A stretch of 64,000 nt of DNA from Eledone cirrhosa (taxonomy: Eukaryota). Below the pieces are notes generated by a model. It had not been told where the DNA came from, searched no databases, and saw only the letters and a list, made by a program, of their open reading frames with translations. How positions within the stretch are numbered: the stretch's first letter is position 1; each line of letters begins with the position of its first letter. A program made the position numbers and the translations under genes. Below are positions 12,870-25,745 of this stretch, piece by piece. Where the stretch lies: contig OZ024740.1 in the NCBI GenBank assembly GCA_964016885.1, positions 66,278,001 through 66,342,000 on the forward strand, in the 5' to 3' direction.

Positions 12870-15067
12870 TATAAACAATGAATAAAAACAAAAACAAGTT
12901 CCTTATATTTAAAAAAATAATCATTTTACGATCGTTTCTAGTATATATATATGTGTGTTGGTATGTATATCATATAGATCTATGTACAAATATTACAAAC
13001 TATCAGAGGAAATATACATACCTCCACATATAAATGCGGTCTTCAGAAATAATGAGATTTGTTTATTGAAAAAAAACAAAACAATTATTTAATATAATAG
13101 GTCTGTTTGGGAACAGGTTTTGAATTGACCAATAGAAAAGTAGTAAGAGGACAAGTTGATAGAATAGTAGTAGTAGAAATTTAATTTAGGGGTAGAGGAA
13201 TTCAGACTTTTGAATGGAAAGAATACTTTGAATGAAAAGAATACTATGGGGGTGAAAAGAGGTCAAGCCGGTGAAGGATACATGAAAATTTGATGTTATT
13301 TAATAATAATCTTAAAAACGAAGGAGAGTTAAATTTTAGGGTAAAGGAATTAGTGAGAACTACCAATCTTATTTAAAACTCAAAGAATTTAGGTCTATAA
13401 CAAGAAATTTAATTAATTGATAGGTATAATTATAGGGATAATTTATATTAATTCATATGGATGTGATAAATAAGAATTAGATGTTATTAAAGAATGTTGC
13501 TAAACACGAAGGAAAATAAAATTTTGGGATACGTGTAGTAGTGAAAAATACCAATCTTATATTGACTACAAAGAATCTAGATACATAACAGGAAATTAAA
13601 TTAATTTATATGTATACTTTTAGGTATTAATTTTAGGAAAAGAGAGTTGTAAGGGGGAAATAGAATTATGAGGTTCTCTGTAGGAAAGTACTAATTATAG
13701 GTTAACTAAATTTAAAAAACTAATTATAATAATATGTAAAATATAAGTGTAAGGAGTATATTAATTAGGTTTATAATATTTGAAAGTTCTTCTAATTCTA
13801 TGATTGTAAGATATAATTAATTCTTGTCGCTTATTTAATAAGATATCCTTAGATTTCATTATTTCAAAATGTTCCTGGGAGCACAAGCTACACTCATATC
13901 TGTTATTTTGATAAGGGGTGGCTCTTTTGAGCACACTCCAGGTCAGGTTGTATTCGATATTCTTTTTTCTATAATTATTAATTGCTTCAGCCAAGGGTGT
14001 TGTATTAGCTAATGCGGCTTTTTTAAAACTATGTTTGTGGGTATTAAATCTTACTTTAAATTGGTTCGACGTAGCTCCTATATATGAATAAGTTGAGTCC
14101 TTAGTGCTAATTTTACATTTATAGACTATGTTATTAATAAGACAATTTCCCTTTAATGGGATATTACTTTTGTTTCTACTGTTACAACCATTCGTGAATA
14201 TTATATCAGGGGAGTTAGTCAATTTGGTGTGGAATTTACTCGATTTGTTATAAGTGAAGGAGATGGTGGTTTGTTGCGGTTTATTTTAGTATTATTTGGT
14301 TTGGTGTGTTGGTGGTATATTCGTGGTTATTTAACATTTATATGCGTAGTACGCACTTATATTTTGTTGTATATCTTTGGTAGTGGAGTAGGAAAATTTG
14401 ACAGTTGATCTATTTAAAATATGATGGTATTTATGGTTTGGCGGGAAGATTTTCTCTAGGATAGTAACCAATTTTAGGGGATATTATCTTTAATTTGTAG
14501 ATTAAATGGAACATTATACCATGTAACTTGTCTATTACGGTTTCGATGTTGTTTTCTATATTTATACGATGTATCAGAGAGTTAGAATTAGTGAATTTAT
14601 TTTATATAGGTTTGGTTAGATTAACTGATTTAGGTGTTTCAGTCTGATTATTAGGAATTTTGTTAGTAATGTTATTAACGTATATTGGAGTATTAGGATG
14701 AATGGTTTTTTGAAAGTCAGTATATTTTATGTGAGAAGAGGTAGAGAAATTAAGTTTTAGGTTGGTATTTTGGGGTGTAGTGTGAGTGGCATTTAGGTGT
14801 GGGTTTTTCATTTGGTGTTTGATGGTAATATTGGGTTGTATGTTTGAAGTATTATTGGTGCAAGTTATATACACTAATTGGATTTTGTGGCCGCTTCTAG
14901 CTAAAGCTTCGTTATAAAAGGGCGCATTTTATCGAATACATCCTGGTTAGATGAAAGGCTAGAAATTCTGAGTGAGATATTATATGCTACGTTTTTAAGG
15001 ATAGATCTAGGGTGATTGGATTGTGAGTGTATGTAATGTAAGTTTTGGTTGGGTTTATGGTAAGGTT

Positions 15068-15070
<3 letters not shown>
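12870..15070 (-). mobile_element. Degraded 5'-truncated Naiad-like PLE (RT thumb, GIY-YIG at 13761-14222, AT-rich tail)
   Basis: NIVYKCKI..YIGAT..FKVRFNTHKHSF..CSLC..E..LNKRQEL; broken upstream frames (WYNVPFN, FPPNHKYHHILNRSTVKFSYS). Confidence 0.8.
12920..13053 (-). ncRNA. Type I hammerhead with long (about 100 nt) stem II region, in the tail of the Naiad-like element
   Basis: AUUAUUU-CUGAAGA-..-GAAA-CGAUCG-UA-AAAUGAU: 7-bp stem I, palindromic stem III; base of stem II imperfect. Confidence 0.6.
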
Positions 15071-15135
<65 letters not shown>

Positions 15136-15350
15136 ATATATATTGAGTTATAAACTCGAAATAGTCAATTAAAATTAAATACCTCATAGAAGGGAATATT
15201 TCCGTGCCGTGTAATACAAATGAATATATGAGAGGGATGAACACTGATGCAAGTATACATGTGTTCGAATTGCAAATGACCAACTTAGCAAACTCGGTCA
15301 TTTGCAATTCGAACACTTGTATCAGTGTTCATCACTCTCATATATTCATT

Positions 15351-15380
<30 letters not shown>

Positions 15381-15383
<3 letters not shown>

Positions 15384-15786
15384 CGTTTCTGAATTTGTTT
15401 AGCAAGATACTTTATCTGAAAACGTGTGTTGAAACCGATATTGTTATACTTTGGGAGGGTCATGTTGCTAATAAGAAACACACGCACCAGTTGCTTTCAC
15501 TCCAATTTATTATAAATTAAAAAATCTTTTCAAAAAATTTATTTTTTTAAATAAATTTCCGGTTGTGTAACAGGCTCTGCGTGTTCATTTGTGAGAGATA
15601 GTAATGTGTGACGAAACAACTTTAACAATATATCAACAACCGTCCGGTTGTGGAACCAACCAATCAACCGGAAATTTATTTAAACATTTTTTTTTTTTTT
15701 TTAAAGATTTTTTAATTTATAATAAATTGGAGTGAAAGCAGCTGGTGGGTGTGTTTTTTATTGGCAACATGACCCGCCCAAAGTAT

Positions 15787-15792
<6 letters not shown>
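15381..15792. repeat. Solo inverted pLTR remnant related to the element at 618-4865
   Basis: 15381-15570 matches the reverse complement of about 4700-4865; 15665-15792 is its inverted copy; TA tracts on both sides. Confidence 0.8.
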
Positions 15793-15864
<72 letters not shown>

Positions 15865-15905
15865 GATATATTAACAAATGGAAACTATATTTATAAAACC
15901 ATATT

Positions 15906-15970
15906 TATTTCATTATACATATTTCAAGGACACCAAGTTACATTATGGTGTGCTTTCATCAGATAAAATA
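15906..15970 (-). ncRNA. Type I hammerhead ribozyme
   Basis: UAUUUUAU-CUGAUGA-AAGCACACCA..UGGUGUCCUU-GAAA-UAUGUA-UA-AUGAAAUA. Confidence 0.8.
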
Positions 15971-16129
15971 TAATATAGATCAGTTTTATAAATAAATATT
16001 GACATACTCTTAAAGAATGCGACCTTTTCTGTTGTAAGCTCCCGGATAGTCTATCCGGGAGCTTCCAACAGAAGAGGTCGCATTATTTAAGTACATATTT
16101 TAATACTGAGAGTGTTAAAAAGCAATTAA

Positions 16130-17590
16130 ATGTAAAAATAAAATAAACAATTTCTGGTTACTACGAACTAAGTCTCTCACTATTGCTAGGCTAAAAAAAT
16201 ATACTAGGTGGGACGGAATTAAAATGAGACCCTTTTAAGAGGTATAAGTAATAAACCGACTATATCTCACGGTGACGGGTCAACAAGTGAGGGGCCAAAA
16301 TACTAAAGAAACTACCACGAAATAATAAAAGTTTCTACCCCAGGCACAAGCCCAGCAACCACTCAGTGCAAAAAAGTAAATTAATACGAAATAATAATTC
16401 AGGGTCCCGAAAAAGAATACTAATACTATCTCTAAGGGTGCCGCCACGATACAAAAGTTCTAGTGCAAGCTACATAAAAGCTCGTACGAAGTAAAAGTAA
16501 AAATTTGATACGGAAAATTAATTCAGAACCCCCCCCCCCCCCCCCCCAAAAAAAAAAAATACTGATAAACGAGAAATTAAAGCAGATGCCACTAAGAAAT
16601 ATAGAAAGCACGGAAGAGGGGCAGCGGTCGGATAAGAGGGCAAGTATCCGGGGTCTAACACATCTGCTATAAAAAGCGGATTCGGCCAAATCTTTCATAG
16701 AATAGGGAAAGGCGGTGGGGGTACTGAGGCTACAAGGGACCGAGGGTTTGCCTCGGGTGGGCGAGAAAGAGACGACGACAAAGAAAGAGAACTGGGGTGG
16801 AAGGACTAGGGAGGGATGGGGGGAATAAGGAAATATAAAGGAAGCGATAAAAAGATATAAAAGAAGGTATTCCGTCTCCCTTAGCAAGCACGGGTTACCC
16901 ATTACAAAATCGACAAGTGGGTTGTTATAGCCCTAGTCTAACCCCCCCCCCCCCCCCCCCCCCGAGTCATTATGGGGTTTGAGGGCGAGGTAAGTCCTAC
17001 GCAATCTGTGTTTACATGCAGTAACCAGTTCATATTTCTTGTTTAGGAGTTGGTCCGTCGAAAACACCATTTGTAACGTTTCCTCCGAGCATAAATTGCA
17101 CGGACGGCGTCCTCCCGTGTAAGAGTTGGCTCTGGACAGTAATCTCCAAGTAAGATCATAGGTAATGTTGTTATCCTTGAGGTCCCATATGTGGTCCCCC
17201 TCCCTAGTATCTTCTTTGACCTCACGCCCAGCTGTAGCCGGCACTATCAACGCATGAATGGGTCTCCTCCACCCCCTCTCCTTCTTTCTCCTGCTGGCAG
17301 GTTTAGCTACTCCTTCCCTCCACAAATCGCCATCATAGAATTATTATCTCAACTACAAACTTTTGACCAATCCCTGTGACAATCACTTTGACCATATATG
17401 GAATTGCCCCTTGAGAAGCAAGGCTATTCAAATACCAGGATAAACATGTTCATTTAGTCCAGAATTAGCCGTCGAAACGGCTTGAGCTCAGCCGTCGGGG
17501 TCCCACTCGTTCCTATTACCCACTCTACTACCCTAAATATTGAGTACTTTGGGGCGTTATGGTCCACCTGGTTCCTTACCACATATCTTC
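16130..17590 (-). mobile_element. Truncated Naiad-like PLE: endonuclease C-terminus (16933-17185), 3' tail and inverted pLTR (17190-17590)
   Basis: HIWDLKD..W..L..A..Y....CNLC.EE....LNKKYELVTACKHR; tail homologous to 19370-19960. Confidence 0.8.
17406..17501 (+). ncRNA. Type I hammerhead, U3-A8 core variant
   Basis: GCCCC-UUGAGAA-..GGCUA..UAGCC GUC-GAA-ACGGCU ugagcuc AGCCGU-C-GGGGU; GUC triplet. Confidence 0.7.
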
Positions 17591-17608
17591 CGTTATATAT
17601 ATATATAT

Positions 17609-19029
17609 ACAGAACCCCAGGATGATATCATCAAAATCACTGTAATGGGACACAGGAGAGAGGAGTTGCCCCGAATCAGTGGAGGATCAGTAACATCGTC
17701 CCAGTGCCAAAGATGGGAGATCTCTCTAACACCAACAACTACAGGCGGATCTCACTGACGTCACTTGTGGCAAAGACCCTCAACAGGATTATTCTTAACA
17801 GGATCCAGCCTGAGATGGAGAAGAAGCTCAGGGAACACCAGAACGGCTTCAGAGAGGGTAGATAAACCACCAGTCACATCCTGATACTGAGGAGGATATT
17901 AGAGGGAGCTAGAGCAAAGTGCCTTCCTGCGGTCACTGTTTTCATTGACTTTAGGAAGGCCTTTGATTCTGTGGACCGTTACTGCCTGATGAAGATCTTA
18001 CAGGCTTATGGAATCCCCAAGAAGATAGTGGACCTGATATCACTGCTCTACACCAACCCCAAAGCCCAAGTCATTACACCTGATGGGATGACAGAGTTCT
18101 TTGAGATAATGGCTGGAGTGCTCCAGGGAGATACATTGGCTCCCTACCTTTTTATCATCGTAGTGGACTATTGTATGCGCCTTGCACTGGAGAAACACCA
18201 GGACTCTGGCTTTACTGTAGCACCGGCTCAGAGCAGGAGAGTTAGGGCGAAAAGGGTATCGGATGCTCAATTTGCCGACGACATAGTTTTACTGGCAAAT
18301 ACAGTGAAGGAGGCAGAGGATTTGATGCGGGAGGTTGAGAATGTGTCGATGAGTGTGGGGCTGAGAATGAATGAGACTAAAACAAAATATCTGGTAGAGA
18401 ATGTTGAGAAGCCAGAGGGGATCACTAATGTAGGCGGGAAGCCGCTAGAATTGGTTGAGGGCTTCCTGTATTTGGGAGCAAAGATTCGGAATACGGAAGA
18501 TGGTGTGGTTGAGAGGAAGAGCAAGCCCTGGGCGGCGTGCCACAGCTTGAGATCGGTGTGGAAGTCCGACCTTCGTAGAGACATGAGAGTCCGCCTCTTC
18601 ATTGCTGTAGTGGAGTCTGTGCTGCTGTATGGGTCTGAGACTTAGACACTGACCAAGAAACTCACTCAGATGGTGGATGGGTGCTACACGAGAATGCTGA
18701 GGATGGCTCTGAACATTAATCAGTATACACTGAGGATGAAAAACTCAGATCTGTATGGGAGCATCCAAAAAATCAGCTCAAAGGTGACACAGGGGAGACT
18801 GAGGTTAGCTGGACATGCTCACCGACATCCAGAGTTGACATTGCACTCAGTGCTCCTTTGGGAGGCCCTACATGGACACACTAGAAGTGGAAGACCAAGG
18901 TTAATGTATGGTGATGCCCTAAGGACAGACACTGGTCTGTTGGAGACGCAGGACATGGTGGCGGTAACGAGGGACAGAGACCGCTGGAGAGAACTCGTCC
19001 ATGGATCTCGGGAATTTTACCCGCCTTAG
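17609..19029 (+). pseudogene. 5'-truncated RTE-type LINE (RT domain plus C-terminus) with in-frame stops
   Basis: VPVPKMGDLS..NYRRISL, QNGFR, FIDFRKAFDSV, GVLQGDTLAPYLF, QFADDIVL, FLYLGA; stops near 17862 and 18643; TA flanks. Confidence 0.93.
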
Positions 19030-19063
19030 AAAAATAAAATATATATATATATGTATATATATA

Positions 19064-19098
<35 letters not shown>

Positions 19099-19189
19099 CG
19101 AAGGAAATGTGGTAACGAACCAGGTGGACCATAACGCACCAAAGTACTCAATACTTGATGAAGTAGAGTGGGTAATAGGGACCAGTAAG

Positions 19190-19283
19190 ACCCCGACAGC
19201 TGAGCTCAAGCCGTTTCGACGGCTAATTCTGGACTAAATGAAAATTTATCCTGGTATTTAAATAGCCGATCTTCTCAAGGGGT
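19190..19283 (-). ncRNA. Type I hammerhead, U3-A8 core variant
   Basis: Reverse complement of the 20246-20339 fold. Confidence 0.7.
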
Positions 19284-20177
19284 AATTCCATATACGGTCA
19301 AAGTGATTGTCAAAAATCAGTAGTAATTATGTGGTTGCAAATTAGTACCCCCACCACCCCCTCCCCTAGTCTATGATAGATTTGGCGGACTCCGACCTTT
19401 ATAGCAGTTGGCTTAGACCCCGGATACTTGCCCCCTTTTTCCGACCGCTCCCACTATTCTCTGTGCCCTCTATATTTCTTAGTGGCACTTATGCCTTATT
19501 TTTTCGTCTCAGTATTTCTTGCCTCGCTTTTCTTCTGGGCGGGGTAGATTCTGAATTTATTTCTCCGTATTCTACCTTTATTTCGTACGAACTTTCATGT
19601 AGCTTGTTTTAGATCTTTTAGAGTTAGCATTAGTATATATTTTTCTCGGGACTCAGAATTATTATCTCGTACAAGTTCACTTGGCTGCACTGGGTCGTTG
19701 CTGGCCCGGGATGGAAACCTTTATTGTTTATTTCGTGGTAATCTCTTTAGTATTTTGGCCCCTTTTGTTGACCCGTCACCGTATCATTTACGTACTTATA
19801 CCTCTTAAAAGGGTCCTTGCCTATCCGTCCCACCTAGTTCTTTTACTTATTTCGTTATTTCTTTATTTCTTTCTTTCTTTACTTCTTTCTTTCTTTATTT
19901 TATTCTAGCCTAACAATAGCCTGAGACCTAGGTCGTAGAATTTAATTTACTTTACTTTTTTCTTTACACTTATTTGCTTTTCTTCACTCTCAGTATTTTT
20001 CTGTCCTATATATTTCTACCCCCCATTGTTCTACCTACCGTTCCGACTTCCTCCCCCTCCCCCTCCCCTGTATCTTCTTTGACCTCATGCCCAGCTGTAG
20101 CTGGCACTACCAACGCTTGATTGGGTCTACTCCACCCCCTCCCCTCTTTCTCCTACTGGCAGGTTTAGCCACCATCT

Positions 20178-20348
20178 CCCCTACTAATTTGCAACCACAG
20201 AATTACTACTGATTTTTGACAATTACTTTGACCATATATGGAATTACCCCTTGAGAAGATCGGCTATTTAAATACCAGGATAAATTTTGATTTAGTCCAG
20301 AATTAGCCGTCGAAACGGCTTGAGCTCAGCTGTCGGGGTCTTACTGGT

Positions 20349-20429
<81 letters not shown>

Positions 20430-20567
20430 CCTAGAGTGAGTGAGAGATGAGATTTATTATAATGCTCGGTGTGTTTGTAAACAAACATCCCGTATTAAGC
20501 CGTAGTGTCCAGCAACCAGCGTTGCTCGTTTGTTCAATACTGACAAAGGAACGCTGTACTAGTTTCC

Positions 20568-20643
<76 letters not shown>

Positions 20644-20794
20644 GGAAACTAGTTACAGCGTTCCTTTGTCAGTATTGAACAAACGAGCAACGCTGGTTGC
20701 TGGACACTACGGCTTAATACGGGATGTTTGTTTACAAACACACCGAGCATTATAATAAATCTCATCTCTCGCTCACTCTAGGTATATATATATA

Positions 20795-20833
<39 letters not shown>

Positions 20834-20994
20834 ACCAGTAAGACCCCGACAGCTGAGCTCAAGCCTTTTCGACGGCTAATTCTGGACTAAATGAAAATTT
20901 ATCCTGGTATTTAAATAGCCGATCTTCTCAAGGGGTAATTCCATATATGGTCAAAGTGATTGTCAAAAATCAGTAGTAATTCTGTGGTTGCAAA
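20178..20994. repeat. Palindrome of about 800 bp centred on a (TA)n tract (20571-20640)
   Basis: Arms are near-identical reverse complements containing two different pLTR fragments; a fourth U3-A8 HHR copy lies at 20843-20936 (-). Confidence 0.9.
20246..20339 (+). ncRNA. Type I hammerhead, U3-A8 core variant
   Basis: ACCCC-UUGAGAA-GAUCGGCUA..UAGCCGUC-GAA-ACGGCU ugagcuc AGCUGU-C-GGGGU. Confidence 0.75.
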
Positions 20995-21024
20995 TGTTTC
21001 CATTATATATATATATATATATAT

Positions 21025-21690
21025 AATGGAAAAATTTGAATAGGAACAAAACAGAGAGGCAGTACAACGAATGTTTATTAATTTCACGCTCTGGAGAGTG
21101 GGGTGTTGGTGGGGGACGACGTTTCGGGCATAAGCCCTTGCTCAGGTGAGAAGTGTGTGGGAACAGAGTTCAAAGGGTGTGTAGGGGAGTGGTGGAGAGA
21201 CATATAGCGAAAGGAAACGGTGCGAATGAAAAAAATAAAAATAAAAATAAAAATAAAGCATGATCAAAATACAAGGAATGAAATAAATTTAAATATAAAA
21301 GCATGATAAAAATAAACTGAAATTAAAATGGGGGTAAAACAGGTGGTGGAATGGTGTGGGGTGAGTCGGGGTGGTGGCGGGTGGAGTGGGGAGAGGGAGA
21401 CGGGGTGTCCGAGCGGGGAGGGCTGAAGTTGGTGTGTGTGTGTAGGTGTACGTGTGTGTGTGTGTATGTGAAAGTAATGGTTGGGGGAAGAACGGGGTTC
21501 CATGTTCAGGAAGAGGTGTGTGTGGGGGTGTTTTGGGGTCGGAGTAGACACTCCGACCCACAAACCCCCACAAACGTGTGTGGATAGAGTGGTGGGGGGA
21601 GAGGAATCAGGAGGCTGAGGGTGTAAATATGTGGTGGAAAGCACGTGTGTGGGGTTTATATATATACCTAGAGTGAGAGAGATGAGATTT
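21025..21690 (-). repeat. GT/CA-rich dispersed repeat, probable PLE tail
   Basis: Reverse complement aligns with 43530-43960; degenerate HHR-like CUGAGCA-AGGGCuuauGCCC-GAAAC at 21115-21146. Confidence 0.7.
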
Positions 21691-22765
21691 CTGACAGATA
21701 GTGAGCGATCGTGTACAGACGGACAAAACGTTGTACATTCCGTGAAATATTGACGGAAAGAATTACACAAACAAGAGATGTTACAAATGATACTTTTTGT
21801 AGTGATGACATCACTTGGCATTCGTAATTGCATTATCGGAAGTGGAAAGCAAAGGCTTTTATCAATTGCGATGTCAATATGGTGACTAGCAATGCTATTA
21901 TTTGCTATATGAGAGAAAAATATATAGGGAAACATACAATATTCTAAACAACTAGACGGTAATTTGTTCAATAATGAATAGTTCACAATGTTTACTAACA
22001 AGTCATGTGTCAAAAGAGTAAATCTAATCACAGAGTAAAATACAGAAGCTTGCTGTCGAAACCGCTGTACAAATACATACTACCCTCTCTCACTCACTTA
22101 TTTTCCTATAAGCAGTCTTCTTACTCCACCCTCCCTCACTCTCTACCACTGTGTCTCATGCAACAATGGACACTAATACATACACACTTACTCACTCTTG
22201 CACAGAATATGCATTACTATCTCTCACAATTGCACACGCAGAAGCTCTTACACAAATATGCAAACTCATGAACAGACATTAGTTCTAATGCTTAAACATT
22301 TAACATAATTGTCTAACCAGTAACTATTAATTGAATGAATGATTCAATTATAAAATTGGAATGTAATATAATACCAGTAATTATATGTTCCAATGATAGG
22401 TTCTGAACAAACTCTGAAACAAATATCTAATTAAACGAAACCGTTTTGATGGGAGATTTTTCGTCATATTGCAGTTATATTGTTTCTAATTTTATTTTTG
22501 CCGTTGCTCGTTCTATAATATAATGGATAAGTATGAAATTAATCTTAATGGGTCATGAGTTAAACTCACGAAACATAGCCAATTCAAGCGAAATTGTATT
22601 TTCCTACCTCCCTTGAAACGCTTCTATAATCTGGCAGAGAAAACAAACAGATAATGTGTTTAGAAAATGACGTCAAAAGATTGTTAGTGTTGGAGCCAAG
22701 TGGCGTTGAAATCAATTGTCTTCACACTGCTAATACTGTTGTAAAATAGTTTATCGAATATGTTC

Positions 22766-22810
<45 letters not shown>

Positions 22811-22849
22811 CACCCACAACCACTCACGCGCGCACACACACACGCACGC

Positions 22850-22942
<93 letters not shown>

Positions 22943-23177
22943 ATATATATATATAATATAAATATATATATATATATATATGTGTGTGTATGTATATAGA
23001 AAGTACATTTGACTACATCATCGAGTTATTCTAGATGTACGTTTGCCAATTGCATCGACGGTTATGAGATGATATTTATATAGCTACGTATTCATACATG
23101 CATACATACATACATCTATACCTAAATTCATACATACATACATAGATACATACATACATACATACATACATACAGAC

Positions 23178-23231
<54 letters not shown>

Positions 23232-23284
23232 AATTCTCTCATAAAGCAGATCGTTATATATATTATATATCGATCTCCTTTTAC

Positions 23285-23316
<32 letters not shown>

Positions 23317-23548
23317 TTGTGCGTGTATATGTGTGTGTATGCGTGTGTGTGTGTGTATGTGTGCGGGTGTGTGTGTGACACAGAACTTGATATATGATAT
23401 ATAAATATTTGGTTGCCAAAAGTATTCAGGACTTTGAGTTTTTTAATTGATGGCAAATGTGAGGAGTGATGTGTAGTTTAATTAGCTGAAGTCCCAAAAA
23501 CTCAAATTGTTATACACCAAAGATATTCCCCTCCACCATCCGTCTCTC

Positions 23549-23640
<92 letters not shown>

Positions 23641-25079
23641 TCTATCTCTCTCTCTTTCTCTCTATCTCTTCCTCTCTCTTTCTCCCCCCCCCCCCTCTCT
23701 CTCACACACACACACACAAACATACACACTTTCTCTGGGGAGTCCTCTAGTTACTTCATTATCATTCATTCGCTGTCCAGTCTGAAATTCCCTAAGGTAT
23801 CTGTCAGCACTCAGTACTACCGAATTCAGAGTTAATCAACTAATTAAATGTGATTATAAGTAGTGGTTGAAATGTATGGGTTTCTTTAAGAATTAAGGGT
23901 TCAAATGTGTTTCAGTTTGCAATTCCTGACTCAGCTAGATAAAATACGTAGAACGCATGTACAAGTTTGCCTGAACCTCGGTGGCATACGATTCCGGCCA
24001 AAGTGTATCAATTCAATACGAGAACTTCCTAAGTATTCAGCGATTAAACAAAAATAACAAAATTCTTCCACACCTTATGTCCTATTGGTGCATAATGTAG
24101 CACTAGATTTCTTATACATACAGAAAAGGTCCAATATTAACTGCTGTAATGCTGTTGTCTAGACATTTATTCTACTGGATCTCAGTTGTACCATGGTTGC
24201 AGCGGTACACACGCTGTAGTGTTCTTTTTAATAGTGAGAAACCGTTATGCTTAAAATTAAGTTAGCTTTCGTTGCAACTAATATACAGAAAAATGAAATA
24301 ATTGATCCCAAAGGAAAAAAATACAAAAGGAAAGTCAGTGATTGTAAATATGTTAATGAGCTACATCGTGACCTTTTTCTTGTATTTTATTTCATTCATA
24401 TCGAGTGAGATTAATAATTAAAGTAGGGATGCTGAATCAAATATTTGCCATATTGTCATAGAACCTGCAAGACACAGGTTGTGATAAGTAATGTTTAATA
24501 ATGTCTAACGGATTTGTAACACTGTATTTATGTTACTAAATGTTAAATAAATCAAGACATATAGGAAATATATTTGTTTATAATGGATGGTAAGCTGAAA
24601 CTTAGAGGGAATTGTACATTGCTGATATAGTTATTAAAATGTTTGGTTGCGTTTTATTTTGTGTTTGTACCTACGATCGGCTCTCAGCGGAAATTTGATT
24701 GAAGTCCTACCAACCGTAAACATCACATCATTTTATATATTTAGAACAGTATTAAACAATATATACTTCAGTTTCTTGTCAATATAATACAGTGCAATTT
24801 GATGTAACCTTATGTAATTTGGTTGATATTCCTTTTAGTTTAGTTTAGTTTCATATGTGTCGTGAATGAGAAAAATTACATCACATGCACTACGACTATG
24901 AAACGCCCTTTCAATATTCTCCTAGACTACATTTTTCAATGTGCTGATTTTTTGAAAATATTACACGCAGAACTTTGAGGGAAATGTGGCTGCTGTTTCT
25001 AGTAGATCGAACCACCATTTTATGGATCATTTTTTAACTTACATGCGAATTATATACATCGTTTATGATGATTACGTCA

Positions 25080-25745
25080 TCATATCAGATAATACCTGTA
25101 CCAATCTCATCTCAAGCTCTCCGTGTGTACGGAAGTGAATTTTCAATCCAGCAACTGATTTACGGGGTTCTGTGCCCACGTGACAGATGTATGCCACTGT
25201 TTGTACTGAATTTATTGAACCAGGATATTGAATTCCATGTTGATAAATCTTTATATGGAGTTTTAACTCGGAGGGTGTCTTAGATATCTTGCCAGAAATT
25301 GGAGAAGTAACCATATCTGGCGGTACGGGGAGATTTATAACATAAGCTGATGTGTCATTGTGTTTTTATACGGTTTACTATACAGGCTTTAGAGAGAAAA
25401 CACGGTGACAATTTGCAGTTCCAATAATCAACATTTTCTAATCCTACTAACTCACCCGATATAAGTGCCTGTTTCGGCTTTGCTTTTGCACTTTCTGTAC
25501 CTTTTCCTTGGACAAACTCTCCATAAACGATATCCTTTTGAATCTTGCGACATTCCTGCAAACAAGATGCCTTAACCAGCACACCTGTTTCTTAATGAGA
25601 GTTGAATAGGTATCCGACTATATGCAATCTACTCTTCCTTTCAGTAACTCGTTTGGAAGCTCATCTAATACTGGTGACTTCCCTGAGTTTTCTTGTGAAG
25701 CTCTTTTTATGATTTCTTCATTAGTCGGTGGAGTGTCCACTGATA
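25080..25745 (-). mobile_element. Highly degraded, rearranged RTE-type LINE fragments
   Basis: DTPPTNEEIIK..SGKSPVLDELPNELLK and KIQKDIVYGEFVQGK resemble RTE motifs. Confidence 0.6.

Larger units (their letters stand above)
19097..20352 (+). mobile_element. Non-coding PLE tail copy with inverted 5' pLTR (same family as 16130-17590)
   Basis: About 19175-19345 is the inverted copy of about 20178-20352; 19370-19960 matches the reverse complement of 16150-16700. Confidence 0.8.

Noticed and set aside
21111-21150. Hammerhead-like CUGAGCA-AGGGC/GCCC-GAAAC
   Set aside because: C3 and C8 cannot pair and stem I does not form; the related motif at 43401 is truncated by TA.
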